Below are positions 50,561 to 62,837 of a stretch of DNA of 64,000 nt, piece by piece. Below the pieces are notes generated by a model, which ran no database searches, had not been told where the DNA came from, and saw only the letters and a program-made list of their open reading frames with translations. The stretch comes from Mobula hypostoma (lineage: Eukaryota). Every line of letters begins with the position of its first letter. The first letter of the stretch is position 1. Position numbers and translations under genes: made by a program. The DNA is taken from the NCBI RefSeq assembly GCF_963921235.1, contig NC_086097.1:183336001-183400000 (forward strand), written 5' to 3'.

Positions 50561-53320
50561 AGTGTCAAAATGCAGTGTCCTTCCTTCTTCCCTACCTTGC
50601 CCCCTCCCTTCTTCCTCTCCCTTCTTCCCCTCCTTCCTTGCTTTATTGTTAGAGCAGTAGGAATGTCAGGCAGGATAGTGGAACGCTTCTCTTGTAGGAA
50701 GTGGGAAGACAAGAAAACCTCCAATATCCCTGACAACTACAACTGCAAGAAGTTCATCCAGGGGAACCTTCTTACAGATCAAGCTAGGAAGCTGGAGCTG
50801 GATGAACTCCAGATTATTTGGGAGGCAGGGAAGTTGATAGGTGATACAGGGAGGTACAGTAGTTACACTAAAATGCAGGACATGGGTAACAGGGTGACTC
50901 TAAGGAGAAGGAAAGGAGATTGACAGCTAGTGCAGAGTACCCCTGTGACAGTTCCCCTCAAGAAATGTATACTGCTTTGGATACTGTTAGTAGGGGGAGG
51001 GAGGAGGCAGCTGAACTAAGAGAAAAGGCACAGTGGTCAGATCACTGGCATTAATTCTGGCTCTGTGACTTAGAAGTGAAGGGGAAGAAGAAGACAGCAG
51101 TGGTAATAGGGGATACATTGATTAAGGGAACAAACAGGAGGTTCTGTGGAAGTAAACAAGATTCCTGGATGGTATGTTACCTCTCAGGAGCCAGGAACAG
51201 GAACATCTTGGATCAAGTCCAAAGCATTCTTAAGTGAGAGGATAAGCAGCGAGAAGTCGTGGTCCACGTCCGTGCCAATAGGCAGGAAGGGTGACAAAGC
51301 CCTGCAGAGTTCAGGGAGTTATGGACAGGACCTCCAGGGTAGTGACCTCAGGATTTCTACCCACACCATGAACTAGTGAGGCCAGAAAAAGGAAGATAAT
51401 ACAGTTTAAAATGTGGCTAAGGAAACGGTGCAGGAGTGAGTGCTTCAAATTTTTGGATCTTTGGCCTCTCTTCCAGGGAAGGTGGGACTTGTACAGATGG
51501 GGTGGTTTGTACCTGAACTGGAGAGAGACTAATATCCTTTGCTGCTGCTTTGGGGGTTTTAAATGAGTTGCAGCAGGATAGGAACCAGTGTGCCAGGGCA
51601 GAGAGTGGAATGGGGAAAGATGTTGCTAAGCCTACATACAAAGACAGGAATCAAAATGTTGAGTATGATGGAACTAATGTTCTGAGTTGTGTCTATTTCA
51701 ATGCAAGGAGTATTGTAGGTAAGGCTGATGAGCTTACAGCATGGATCGCCATGTGGAATTATGACATTGTAGCCATTAGTGAGACTTGTTTGTAGGAGGA
51801 GCAGGACTGGCAGCTCAATATTCCAAGGTGCATTTGTTTTAGGCATGATAGAGCAGGAGGGATTTAAGAAGGGTTGGCATTACCAATCAGGGAAATCATC
51901 ACAGCAACGCTCAGATAGGTCAGACTGGACAGCTCATATGGATGGAACCAAGAAATAAGAAAGGGATAACCATGTTAATGGGATTATACTATAGATCAGC
52001 CAACAGTCCGCAGGATTTAGAGGAGCAAATTTGCAGAGATTGCAGACTGCTGCAAGGGAAATAAGGTTGTGATAGCAGGTGGTTTTAACTTTCCACATAT
52101 TGACCAGGACTGCCATAATGTAAAAAGACTGGATGGGTTAGTTTGTCAAATGTTAAATGTGTCATGGAAAGTTTCCTTAATCAATATATAGAGGTATGAA
52201 TCAGAGTGCAATACTGGGTCTTCTGTTAGGGAAAGAGACAGTGCAGGTGACAGAAGTATGTGATTGACTTTGGATCTGGTAATCCTAATTTCATTAGTTT
52301 CAAGATAATTATGGAGAAGGATAGGGCTATAGGTTGAAATTCTAAATTGGAGAAAGGGCAATTTTAATGACATCAGAAAGGATCTGGCAGGTGTGGAATG
52401 GGATAGTTTGTTTTCTGGCAAAAGTGTGCCTGGTAAGTGGGGAGACCTTCGAAAACAAAATTTTGAGAGTACAGAGTTTGCATGTTCCAGATATCGAGGC
52501 CTTAGTTGAGAAGAAGAAGGAGGTGCAAATCAGGTAAAGGCAGCAAGGAACAAATGAAGTACTTGAATCCAAGAAATGCAAGAGAACACTTAAGAGGGAA
52601 ATCAAGAAGGCTAAAAGAAGCCATGAGGTTGCTCTAGCAGACGGTGAAGGAGAATCCCACAAGCAAAAGGAGAGCAAGGGGCAAAATTTGTCCTCTGGGA
52701 GATGAGAGTCACCTATGCATAGAGCTGATAGAGATAGGGGGAGATCTTAAAGGTAATTTTTCCCCTCTATATTTATTCAGGAGATGAACAGAGTGTATTA
52801 AATGAAAGCAAAACATCAGTGAAGTCATAGATCATATACAGATTTACTGAAGAGGAGCTATATTGAGGCAAATTAGGGTGGATAACTTCTCAGTACCTGA
52901 CAAGGTGTCCCTTCGGACTAGTGCAGAAATTGCAAGGGCACTAGCAGAGGTATATAAAACATCTTAACCACAGGTGAGATGCCAGATGAGTGGAGGATAG
53001 CTAATGTTCCGTTGTTTAAGGAAGACTTTAAGAATAAAATGGGAAATTATAGCCTAGTGAGCCCAATGTCAGTAGTGGGTAAATTATTGGAAGGTATTCT
53101 AAGGGACCGGATATATGAGTCATTTGGATAGAGAGAGCCAGATTAGGAATAGTCATCATGGTAAATTGTTTCTAACCAATTTATAGAGTATTTTGATAAG
53201 GTTATCAGAAAACTTGATGAAAGAAAGGCAGTAGATGTTGTCTACATGAACTTTAGCAAGGCTTTTGAAGTTGGTCAAGATTTGGTCACTTGGCATTCAG
53301 GATAACACAGTAAAATGAAA

Positions 53321-53870
53321 TCAACAGGAATTCTGCAGATGCTGGAAATTCAAGCAACACACATCAAAGTTGCTGGTGAACGCAGCAGGCCAGGCAGCAT
53401 CTGTAGGAAGAGGTGCAGTCGACATTTCAGGCCGAGACCCTTCGTCAGGACTAACTGAAGGAAGAGTGAGTAAGGGATTTGAAAGTTGGAGGGGGAGGGG
53501 GAGATCCAAAATGATAGGAGAAGTCAGGAGGGGGAGGGATAGAGCCAAGAGCTGGACAGGTGATAGGCAAAAGGGGATACAAGAGGGGGACAGGAGGTCC
53601 GGGAAGAAAGACAAGGGGGGGGGCGGGGACCCAGAGGATGGGCAAGAGGTATATTCAGAGGGACAGAGGGAGAAAAAGGAGAGTGAGAGAAAGAATGTGT
53701 GCATAAAAATAAGTAACAGATGGGGTACGAGGGGGAGGTAGGGCCTTAGCGGAAGTTAGAGGAGTCGATGTTCATGCCATCAGGTTGGAGGCTACCCAGA
53801 CGGAATATAAGGTGTTGTTCCTCCAACCTGAGTGTGGCTTCATCTTTACAGTAGAGGAGGCCGTGGATAT
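53321..53870 (-). mobile_element. Young Neptune-type PLE 3' fragment (inverted near-copy of 46375-46867)
   Basis: HGLLYCKDEATLRLEEQHLIFRLGSLQPDGMNIDSSNFR* followed by a full pLTR; imperfect TSD cagtaaaatgaaa / cagtaagattgaaa. Confidence 0.9.
53417..53452 (-). ncRNA. Minimal hammerhead ribozyme with one stem III substitution
   Basis: AGTC CTGACGA AGG-GTCTCGG-CCT GAAAT GTC GACT (C15.2 to T). Confidence 0.78.
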
Positions 53871-53944
53871 CAGTAAGATTGAAAGAATACAGGGAAAATA
53901 AACAAGGATGTTGCTGAGTCTTGAGTATCTGTGTTATAGGGAAA

Positions 53945-54326
53945 TCACAGACAAAAGAAAATCTGCAGGTACTGGAAATCAGAGCAACACACACAAAATG
54001 CCGGAGGAACTCAACAGGCCAGGCAGCATCTAGAAACAGAGTACAGTCAACACACATCAAAGTTGCTGGTGAACGCAGCAGGCCAGGCAGCATCTCTAGG
54101 AAGAGGTACAGTCGACTGTACCTCCTCCTAGAGATGCTGCCTGGCCTGCTGCGTTCACCAGCAACTTTGATGTGTGTTGCTTGAATTTCCAGCATCTGCA
54201 GAATCCTCGTGTTTACGTTTTTAAACAGAGTACAATCGATGCTTTGGCCTGAAATGTCGACTGTACTCTATTCCTAGATGCTACCTGGCCTGCAGAGTTC
54301 CTCCAGCATTTTGTGTGTGTTGCTCC
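53945..54326. mobile_element. Older fold-back PLE mini-element containing a younger one (54049-54222)
   Basis: Outer TSD gtgttatagggaaa at 53931-53944 and 54327-54340; inner TSD aaacagagtaca(g/a)tc at 54034-54048 and 54223-54237. Confidence 0.85.
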
Positions 54327-55129
54327 GTGTTATAGGGAAAGGTTGAAAAGGTTAGGACTTTATTCTCTGGAGTGTATGAAAATGAAGACTGATTTGATAG
54401 AGGGATACAAATTATATGGGGTATAGATAAGGTAAATACAAGGAGGGGTTTTTCCACTGAGTTTGGATGAGACTAAAATGTGAGGTCATAGGTTAGGGAT
54501 GAAAGGTAAAATATTTAATAGGAACTTGAGGGGGGACTCCTTCACCTTGAGAGTGAGAACTGCCAGTGGAAGTGGTGGGTACAGGTTCAATTTCAACATT
54601 TAAGAGAAATTTGAATAAGTACATGGATGGGAAGGATATGCAGATCTATTTTCCAGGTGCAGGTTGATGGGAATAGGCAGAATAATAGATTGGCACCAAC
54701 TAGATGGGTCGAGGGGTCTATATCTGTGTTGTAGTGCTCTATTATAGCATTTTGATCAGTAAGTACATCAATAGTTATGAGAAGAAGGTAGGACAATGGG
54801 GTTAAGATGCATAATAAATCAGCCATGATCAGCAGAACAGACTTGATAGGCTGAATGGCTTAAATCTGCTTCTACTTCTTATGACAGAATGCTGTATTTA
54901 TATCATAAATTTCTGCCATAACAGCAAACACTGCAGACTACTGAAAATCTGAACTATAATGCAGGGAATCTAAAATCTGACCTGAAGCATTAAGTCTCTT
55001 TTTCTAACTGCTCTGCTGAATCTTTACCGCATTTTGTTTTTATTTACTGTCTACATAAATTGGTTTAGTGAGATCACACCCCAGCAAGTGGTAGAAAAAC
55101 GGGAAAAAACCACTAAGCAGACAAATATA

Positions 55130-58100
55130 CCAAATCCCGCATTTTTCTATTTTATTAGCTTCTGGAGTTACAAAACGTAACATTGGCGACAAGGAATTTT
55201 AAAAATGAACCTCAGATGACTATCCACTGTTGAAGCACAGCACATTGTTTTTTGGACTGGGAAAGTGACGTTTGAGATTTTTTAAAAATCCAGACAATGG
55301 ACAAAATTAACAAGCCACAGGTTCATGAACAGTGAGTATCAAGTAAAAATAATAAATTTAAGAAAAACAGATGGCTGGCTACATCAGAAAAATGGATATG
55401 TTCGATTGCAGAACAGATAACTGGGTGATATATACTGAACGAATTGAGCAGCATTTTGAAGCAAATGAAAGAGCCAGTGAGAAACAACTGCCAGTGCTGC
55501 TGAGAGCAACATGTGAAAAAGCACAGTTTGGTTGGAGCAGTTCAACCTCTAAGCAAACCAGCCAAAATGAAATTTGCTGCTACTGTGAACATAACGTAAG
55601 GACATTTAGAACTGAAACTATTGTTGATTGCAAAACACATTAAGCTTCATAAGCACAATCGAAAGAAAGGGGAGTCTATTTCAGCTTACATAGCTGAATT
55701 GAAGTAATTATTCGAGCTTTGTTAGTTCAGTGATGGGCTAATGATGCAGTGAGAGATTGTTTAGTTTATGGAATCTTACAAGAAAACATTCAAAACAGCT
55801 CCTAACTCAGGGATAACTCACATTTATAAGAGGAGATGAAATTGCAGGCAGAGATGTAATTGAGTTACAGTCAGGAATGAAGGTAAGAATGAATAAAATT
55901 GCAACATCTGAACAGAAACCTGCCAGGCTGAAGAAATTGTGTTACCGTTGTGGCAGGGTCTCATAATCACTGGACCAATGCAGATTTACAGGCAAAACTT
56001 GCAGAAAATGCAACGAAGTAGGTCACATACAACGTGTATGTCGGGCAGATAAACATAAATGGACTGCACAGGGAAGAGCAAAAGATAAAAAGTCAAGTTG
56101 TTGCAGTTTCAAAAAATGCACTAATATCCTGCTATTGATGAACATTCTGATAATGATGAGAGTGACACAGGACTGGGCAAACTAACAAGGCAGGTAATAT
56201 GGCTTACACCAGTAGTCCAAGCAAAATAATTAAAATGGAATTGGACTCTTGCTTGGCTGTTTCAGTCATTCCACGAATGAGTTTGAACAGCATTGCAACG
56301 ATAATGAATTGAAGCCTGCAGAGATCCAGCTAAGCACTTATACAGGAGAAAAGATAACTCCTGTGGGAACAACATTCATAACAGTGAAATACAACAACCA
56401 ACAAGCCACATTGGGCTTGTATATGGTAAAAACAGGAAGGCCAGCATTTTGAGGTCGTGATTGGCTGAGACAACTACAACTTGATTGGAGATCCATCCAC
56501 CATTTCCATGCCACATCCCCCGCAAGTCAACTGTCAATAAATTAAGAAAGGCATTGGATGATGCAAAAGTAGTTTTCAAGAACAGCAGTGGGAAACTAAA
56601 ACATATCAAGGTTAAAATAGTGTTACATGAAAATGCCACACCCATGCTTAATAAAGATGTCTGGTTCCCTATACCATTTGAGATAAAGTGGCCATTCAGC
56701 TAGATCGCATGGAGGCTGAAGGAGTTCTCCCCATGCTTGAGTGGAGCCCATGGAAAATGCTGGTGGTCCCAGTAGCTAAAAAGGATAGGTCTGTCAGGAT
56801 CCGAGGTAATTTTAGGGTCACCATCAACCCAGTACGTAAGTTAAATCAATACCCTCCTCCCAGAATCTTTTCAAACCTTTCTGGAGGAAAACACTTCAGC
56901 AAAATGGACTCAGCTGAGGCTCCCTTGCAGATGGAGATGGAAGAAGAGTATAAAGTGTTTCTCACCTTGCAAGGGGCTTTATCACTGTAATTTGCTTATT
57001 TTTGGAGTTGCATCTGCACCTGCACTCTGGCGGAAATCTATGGACCAGGTGCTGCAAGGCTGCCCAGGCACTCAGTGTTACCTGGATGACATCTTTGTTA
57101 CTGTGAGAACGACAAGAAACATCTCAAAATCTCTAGACAGTATTAAAAAGATTAGAAGATTATGGGCTGAGAGCACGACTCAGCAAAAGTGAATTATTTA
57201 AAACAAGCATCACATTGTGGTCACATCATTGACACACTAGTGCGCTGAGAAATTTCAAGCAGTGGTGGATACCCAAGGCCAAAGGACTTGTCATGATTGC
57301 GTCTTTTTGGGATTTGTCAATTACTGTAAAAGGTTCTTGCCACACCTGGCTATTGTGCTTCATTCCTTAAACTCATTACTACAGATTGGAAAGAAATGGC
57401 AATGAACAAAGCAGTGTGAGGTGGCTTCCCAAAAAGTAAAGGAAGTGGTGATGTCAGACACTGTACTCACACATTATGATCCAGATCATCCAGTGAAGTT
57501 TACCTGACACCTTGCTTTCTGGTTAGGTGCATGATGTCACGTATTATAAGTGATGGAAGAGAACACTGTTCATCTCGTTCCCTTACCGCTGCAGAGACAA
57601 ATTATGCACAGGTTGACAGACAGGCCTTGAATCTGGTTTGGGGTGTAAAATGTTTCAACCAGTACTTTTATGGGTTTTCAATCCACAGGAAGGTGTCCAC
57701 TAACACCAGCAGTACAAATGCAGAGATGCGTTGTTTCCTGGAGGACATGATTCCAAGAGGGAACTAATCACGGAAATGCTGATGGATTGTCTCGTTTACC
57801 ATAGGAAAAGGAAATACCTGGAAAATTTACAAGAGAGTAAATATTCTCCCTAATGCAAATCAAAAGTCCCCCTATCAAGGCAGAGATGATCCAAAGAGAA
57901 ATGAGAAAATACCCCACACTGTCTCAGATCTACACGGCAACCCAAAATGGCGGGAATGTGCAGCAGAAATACCAGTTTTCCCATTTTTACGAGCACCGGG
58001 ATGAACTTGCCCACGACAGAAGTTTGGGGTTTCAGAGTTGAGGAAACCATCCAAGCTGAGAGTTAGTGTTGGAACTACATACTGGTCATCTACACATAGT

Positions 58101-59387
58101 CAAAATGGAAGTGTTGGCTAGAAGCTTTGTCTGGTGGCCTGGGATTGAACAGCAGATCGAGCAGCTTGCCAAACACTGTTTGGAATGACAACACGTCCAG
58201 AAGATGCCAAGAGCAGTGCCTCTCCATCTCTGTGAATGGCCTGCATTGCCCTGGCCAAGGATTCGTGTGGTTTTTGCTGGACATTTCATGGGCACAAATA
58301 TCTTCATAAAAGTGGATGCAGCTACAAAGTGCCGAGAAGTGATCTCAATAGTCTTCACTACAGCCTCGCACACTGATGTGTTGAGAAGCCTCTTCGCAAG
58401 GACTGGTGTTCCAGAACAGTTAAGTCAGTGATAATTGATCACAATTTGTTGCGGAACTGTTTCAGTCATTGCTGAAAATGAATGGAATAAGACATATTAT
58501 ATCTGCACAATACCATCCAGCTCGAAATGGCTTGGCAGAAAGGTTTATCAGGAGTCTAAAGAATGCACAGTGAGCAATGTCAGCAGAAGACGCTGCACTG
58601 AATCAGAAGCTTACCAATCTCCTCTTTGCATATTGTAATGCAGCACACTCCACAATCCACAAGCTATACTGTTCCTGGGACATCCCTTGTGCTCACGTTT
58701 GCATCTCCTCAAACCCAATCTCAGAAGGAGTATGTAGGAAAATTACTGAAACAAATTGAGGGCTCCTCAAACGATGTTCAGTGTTTCTCTCCCAGCAAGC
58801 TTTCCTGGCCAGGACTACAGAGATGATCAAAAGTGGGTACTTGGAAAGACTAAGGACTGAACTAGACCACTCTCCTAGAGTTGAAATTGCGTTTGATGTC
58901 ATTTGGAGACGATACATCAATCAGTTGAGAGCAGAGTCAATCGTTAAAGAAAGGTGTCCAGAGCTGTCAGAACCGTTTCCTGCAGTCCCAGAGTCAACTC
59001 CTACAATCAGCACGGAGGAGGCCCCAGAAGCTGAGATTGTTTCACAGCCACAGGTCTCATCTGCCAAGCAGAGTGATTACCCTCCTCCCCTTGTCAGGAA
59101 GGATATTATCCCACAAGAGTAAGAAATCCTCCACAGCGATTAAATCTTTAGACCTTAATGGAACAATTTAAAATTTACCATGCTGTGGATGTCTTTATAG
59201 TAACTGTACTATATAGTGTGTGTGTTCAGGCATTCTGTTGACATAATTCATTATGAACTACATGTAAGAAGTACATGAATGGCATACGTCATGTTACGCC
59301 AGCATGTCACCTCAAAAAAATAAAAGAATAACTAAGTAGACAAATATCAAGGCTCTCAATTAGTTTCTGAAGTTACAAAGCATAACA
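55130..59387 (+). mobile_element. Gypsy LTR retrotransposon (K02A2.6/Mag-like), decayed
   Basis: LTR end ...TTACAAAACGTAACA then PBS-like TGGCGAC at about 55184. gag MAGYIRKMDMFD..NWVIYTERIEQHFEAN, two CCHC knuckles near 55938-56041, protease, RT CYLDDI, RNaseH, integrase ARSFVWWPGI. 3' LTR about 59225-59387. Confidence 0.9.
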
Positions 59388-59699
59388 TCTCTTCCATTAC
59401 TGAAAATTTAACATTTTATCTATCAATGTCTTTTCACCCTACTTTTGCAGCCAGCTCCTTAAACCCTTGTGGTAAAGTTTGTGACCCAACAAAACTTACT
59501 TTTTCCCCTTTTAAAATTCTTCCCAATACCAAGGTCTTTAAGCAAAGTTTTTACAGTATACTCCTATTTCTTCATTAAGAACATTTAATTTAAAAAATGT
59601 TTTCTCTGACTGGGTACTGGGAATGAGTTCATGTTTATTGGTAGTGTGGAATCTTCCTAATAAATACTTTACATCACCTGTATTTCAAAACAAGATATC

Positions 59700-60232
59700 C
59701 CACCACTTGGAGCACTGTGCTCAGTTCTGGTCGCATCACTACAGGAAGGATGTGGAAACCATAGAAAGGGTGCAGAGAAGATTTACAAGGATGTTGCCTG
59801 GATTGGGCAGCATGCCTTATGAGAATAGGTAGAGTGAACTCAGCCTATTCTCCTCGGAGCGACAGAGGATGAGAGGTGACTTGATAGAGGTGTACAAGAT
59901 AATGAGAGGCATTGATCGTGTGGATAGTCAGAGGCTTTTTCCCAGGGCTGGAATGACTAGCACAAGAGAGCGCAATTTTAAGGTGCTTGGAAGTAGGTAC
60001 AGAGGAGATGTCAGGGGTTATATTTTTATGCACAGTGGTGAGTTTGTGGAATGGGCTGCCAGCGACGGTGGTGGAGGTGGATGCAATAGGGCCTTTTAAG
60101 GGACTTGGATAGGTACATGGAGCTTAGAAAAATAGAGGGCTCTGGGTAACCCTTGGTAATTTCTAAAGTAAGTACATGTTTGGCACAGCATTGTGCGCCG
60201 AAGGGCCTGTACTGTGCTGTAGGTTTTCTATG
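59700..60232 (+). mobile_element. CR1 3' fragment
   Basis: HLEHCAQFWS.HYRKDVETIERVQRRFTRM, RGDLIEVYKIM, 3' tail. Confidence 0.9.
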
Positions 60233-60379
60233 TAGGTACAGTATCCAAAATCTGAAATAAAAACTGTAAATACGCAATAGGTCAGGTAGCAGCTGTGAAT
60301 GTGTACGTGTCAGATCCATTAGTCTTCATCAGAGCCAGAGCATCGGAATCTCCAGCAATTTTTTTTTAATGGACTCTCT

Positions 60380-61340
60380 CATTAGACCAGTCGCACGGGA
60401 TCGAATCTCTGTCCCGACCAGAAACTGCACTAACAGACGTTTTCACCCACCATCACTACTTGTCTGTTGATAGGGACCACATTGTGTACAGGCCATCTGG
60501 GAAATGTCATACCACTGCTTCTTTGTGCAATTCTCAACTGTTTGAAAAGGCAGCGAAAAGCTATCGAAGCCCATGGGTGACTGGAAAAGCGCCACGGCAG
60601 CCAACAGTAAAGACCGGGCAGCAGCCTCCATGCTCCGACCCAGCAACCGCCTGCTATCCCACAATCCCCGTGCACCGGAAAGTCCTAGAAAGCGCCGATT
60701 CTGCAACCTTTCACTAAATCTAATAAACTAATTTTACACGGAATTTCCGGAGATTTTCAATATTATTTTATTGTAGATGTTAAAAATCCGTTGCAAAATT
60801 TTAGGATTCAGTTAACCTTTAAAATAAATAATTTATTGGATGTGCAAAGCTGTAGGACCCGCCGAGCTCTTCCTGTGTTACGGAGCGCCATCGTGTCGCA
60901 GGTCGTATCTGCAACAACTAGGCGGGCGGGTGGGTATGGATTAGGTTTGCCCACAAACTTCTCCGTTGCCCGTCCCGTTCTTCCTCACAGAGGCGGTATT
61001 CAGGCCGCGGGAGATGTGAGAGTAAACGTCGGTGCCGAGGTGGTGATCCGGCTCTAGTGAAGAGGGGTTGGGGGTGGAGGCCTCGGCAGGAGCCGTCCAA
61101 GTCGCATGACGGCGAAGGCCGGACTGTGGGTTGGAACTGCAGCGATCGCCGCCGCCGCCACCGCCATCGGCTCTCTTGGTTGTTCATTCTTCCACCTCCT
61201 CATTTCCATCTGGTTCAGTGACGATCACCGCGGAGTTTTATGATGCACGAGTTCAGGATGTTTTATTGTTAAAATGTCCATACCCCCCCCCCCCGCAACC
61301 CCGATGTCTGTCTGACCCTTCGCTTCTATTGATCGTTGTA
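60380..61340. promoter_or_regulatory. CpG-rich promoter region of TMEM67, probably bidirectional
   Basis: Locally high GC/CpG in an otherwise CpG-poor window. Two GC-rich lobes (over TMEM67 exon 1 and at 60850-61330) are separated by an AT-rich spacer. YY1-like CGCCAT near 60886 and a (GCC)n run near 61147. Confidence 0.7.
60451..60631 (-). CDS. TMEM67: TMEM67 (meckelin) coding exon 1: signal peptide and start of Cys-rich domain
   Basis: MEAAARSLLLAAVALFQSPMGFDSFSLPFQTVENCTKKQWYDISQMACTQCGPYQQTSSD-G resembles the meckelin N-terminus (FSFPFQ..E.C...Q.FDIS...C..CG..Q). ATG at 60631, donor GTGGGT after 60451, 181 nt, phase 1. Confidence 0.93.
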
Positions 61341-62283
61341 CTTACTACAAGTGTGTGAGGCTCAGTTTTTTTTCATAATGACAAGAAATTGTAATGAGTT
61401 TGAGTAGGAAAAATAAAAGAAGTAATTGATGTTTTAGATGAAGAACAATGACCATTTAGATAAATCACTTGTTACTTACCACAATTAAAATAGTTATTCG
61501 TGTGGGTTCTCTTGCGGTTTTTTAACCAAATTAAAGTAGCGTGCATTTAAAGGAAGAGAAATTCTTAACTTATATTCGACACCTGGCAGTTTGATTTCCA
61601 GTAACAGAACAGAACTGAAAATAGAACGGGATTAAATCATTTGGAACTAAATTCACTGTATGAATTTTGAATTGTCAGCAAAGGTACGTCCCAGGCTTTT
61701 GGTCAATTGTCCAACCGCTCCTGGGATAGTTTGTTATCAAATTTGTTTCAGGAAGCTTCTGTAAATGATTTGTGACAGCAAGTCTTAAAGGTTGCAATAT
61801 CAATGTAAATTACTCCAACTTTCTATCTGATTTTCCCTTGGATATTGGTTTTCAAATGAGCTGGGCCAAGTGTACTTCGATGTTTGATGTTGTAACTCTT
61901 CTGAAGAGAGATGATGTTAAGTGTTGGCCACAACAGAGGAGAGAGATGTGTGTTCTTTAATTTTCTTAAGCTGTTTTGTGTGGAAGGAAAGTATACTTCT
62001 TAACAAAGTAATAAATATACCACATTGGCTAAGAAATAAGAATCTGGAAATGCATCTTTCTTTTGAGAGTAACATGACAGACTTTTTATTGGTTCTGTCA
62101 GTCTAGGTACATTTCAATTTTTAAATTGTTTTTGATGTTTTAATGTGCATAAAAATAAGTTTATAAAAATGTTGCTAATTGATGAAAATTGTTAGGTGGT
62201 CTTGGTATTTGAGAATCCCAAAGTTAGCCTGCTTCCTATTCTTATTGTTACAGGTTTGACATTTGTCAATTATTTTCTTGCAG

Positions 62284-62353
62284 TCTATAAAAGTTCGCTT
62301 TAAGACGCTTGTCTTGGTGTCTTCTGTTTCTCAAAGGCAACTTCTCTTTGGTG
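62284..62353 (+). other. Candidate internal (probably non-coding 5'UTR) exon of a divergent plus-strand gene
   Basis: Acceptor tattttcttgcAG ending 62283 and donor GTAAGT at 62354; 70 nt, no ATG. In mammals RBM12B lies head-to-head with TMEM67, but no coding sequence of it is visible here. Confidence 0.45.
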
Positions 62354-62649
62354 GTAAGTGTTTTGGAGAAGGGGGTTGATTTTAAAGTACCATCCTGACT
62401 GGTTTAATACATTGCATTTGTTATTGTTACATAAATTCTTCAGAGAATTTTTCAATGAACACTTTCTATTTATACAGTAAGGAAATCTGGAACAAAAAAA
62501 TTACTTTCCTTATGAATTTGTTATTTTGAAACTGGAGCTTCTGTTACAGAGCTCTTGTTTCCTTTTTTGCCTTGAGTACTTATTCAGCGGATGGTCAGTT
62601 CTTGTTGACTAGAAAAATGATAAATGTCTGTCAGCAAGTGTTGAACTTA

Positions 62650-62837
62650 AACAACAGGAATTCTGCAGATGCTGGAAATTCAAGCAACACACATCAAAGT
62701 TGCTGGTGAAAGCAGCAGGCCAGGCAGCATCTGTAGGAAGAGGTGCAGTCGACGTTTCAGGCCAAGACCCTTCGTCACTGACTGCACCTCTTCCTACAGA
62801 TGCTGCCTGGCCTGCTGCGTTCACCAGCAACTTTGAT
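62650..62837. mobile_element. ORF-less 188-bp fold-back PLE mini-element
   Basis: Perfect 14-bp TSD aagtgttgaactta at 62636-62649 and 62838-62851. About 58-bp inverted arms enclose a minus-strand hammerhead core lacking C3 (GTGACGA...GAAACGTC). Confidence 0.9.

Larger units (their letters stand above)
50640..54750 (+). mobile_element. Near full-length decayed CR1 LINE (ORF1, esterase, APE, RT, 3' tail) with nested PLE insertions
   Basis: ORF1 start MSGRIVERFSCRKWE..YNCKKFIQ, VIGDTLI, YFNARSIVGKADEL, RT motifs, 3' end near 54745. Confidence 0.88.

Noticed and set aside
60635..60650. RFX X-box expected for a ciliary gene promoter
   Set aside because: Only the AGCAAC half-site is present; no convincing full palindrome.
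60632..60706. 25-aa N-terminal extension of TMEM67 from the ORF track
   Set aside because: Starts at TTG; ATG 60631 directly precedes a signal-peptide-like segment.
62747..62783. Active hammerhead in the 62650-62837 element
   Set aside because: Core reads GTGACGA (C3 lost at the inversion junction), so it is predicted inactive.
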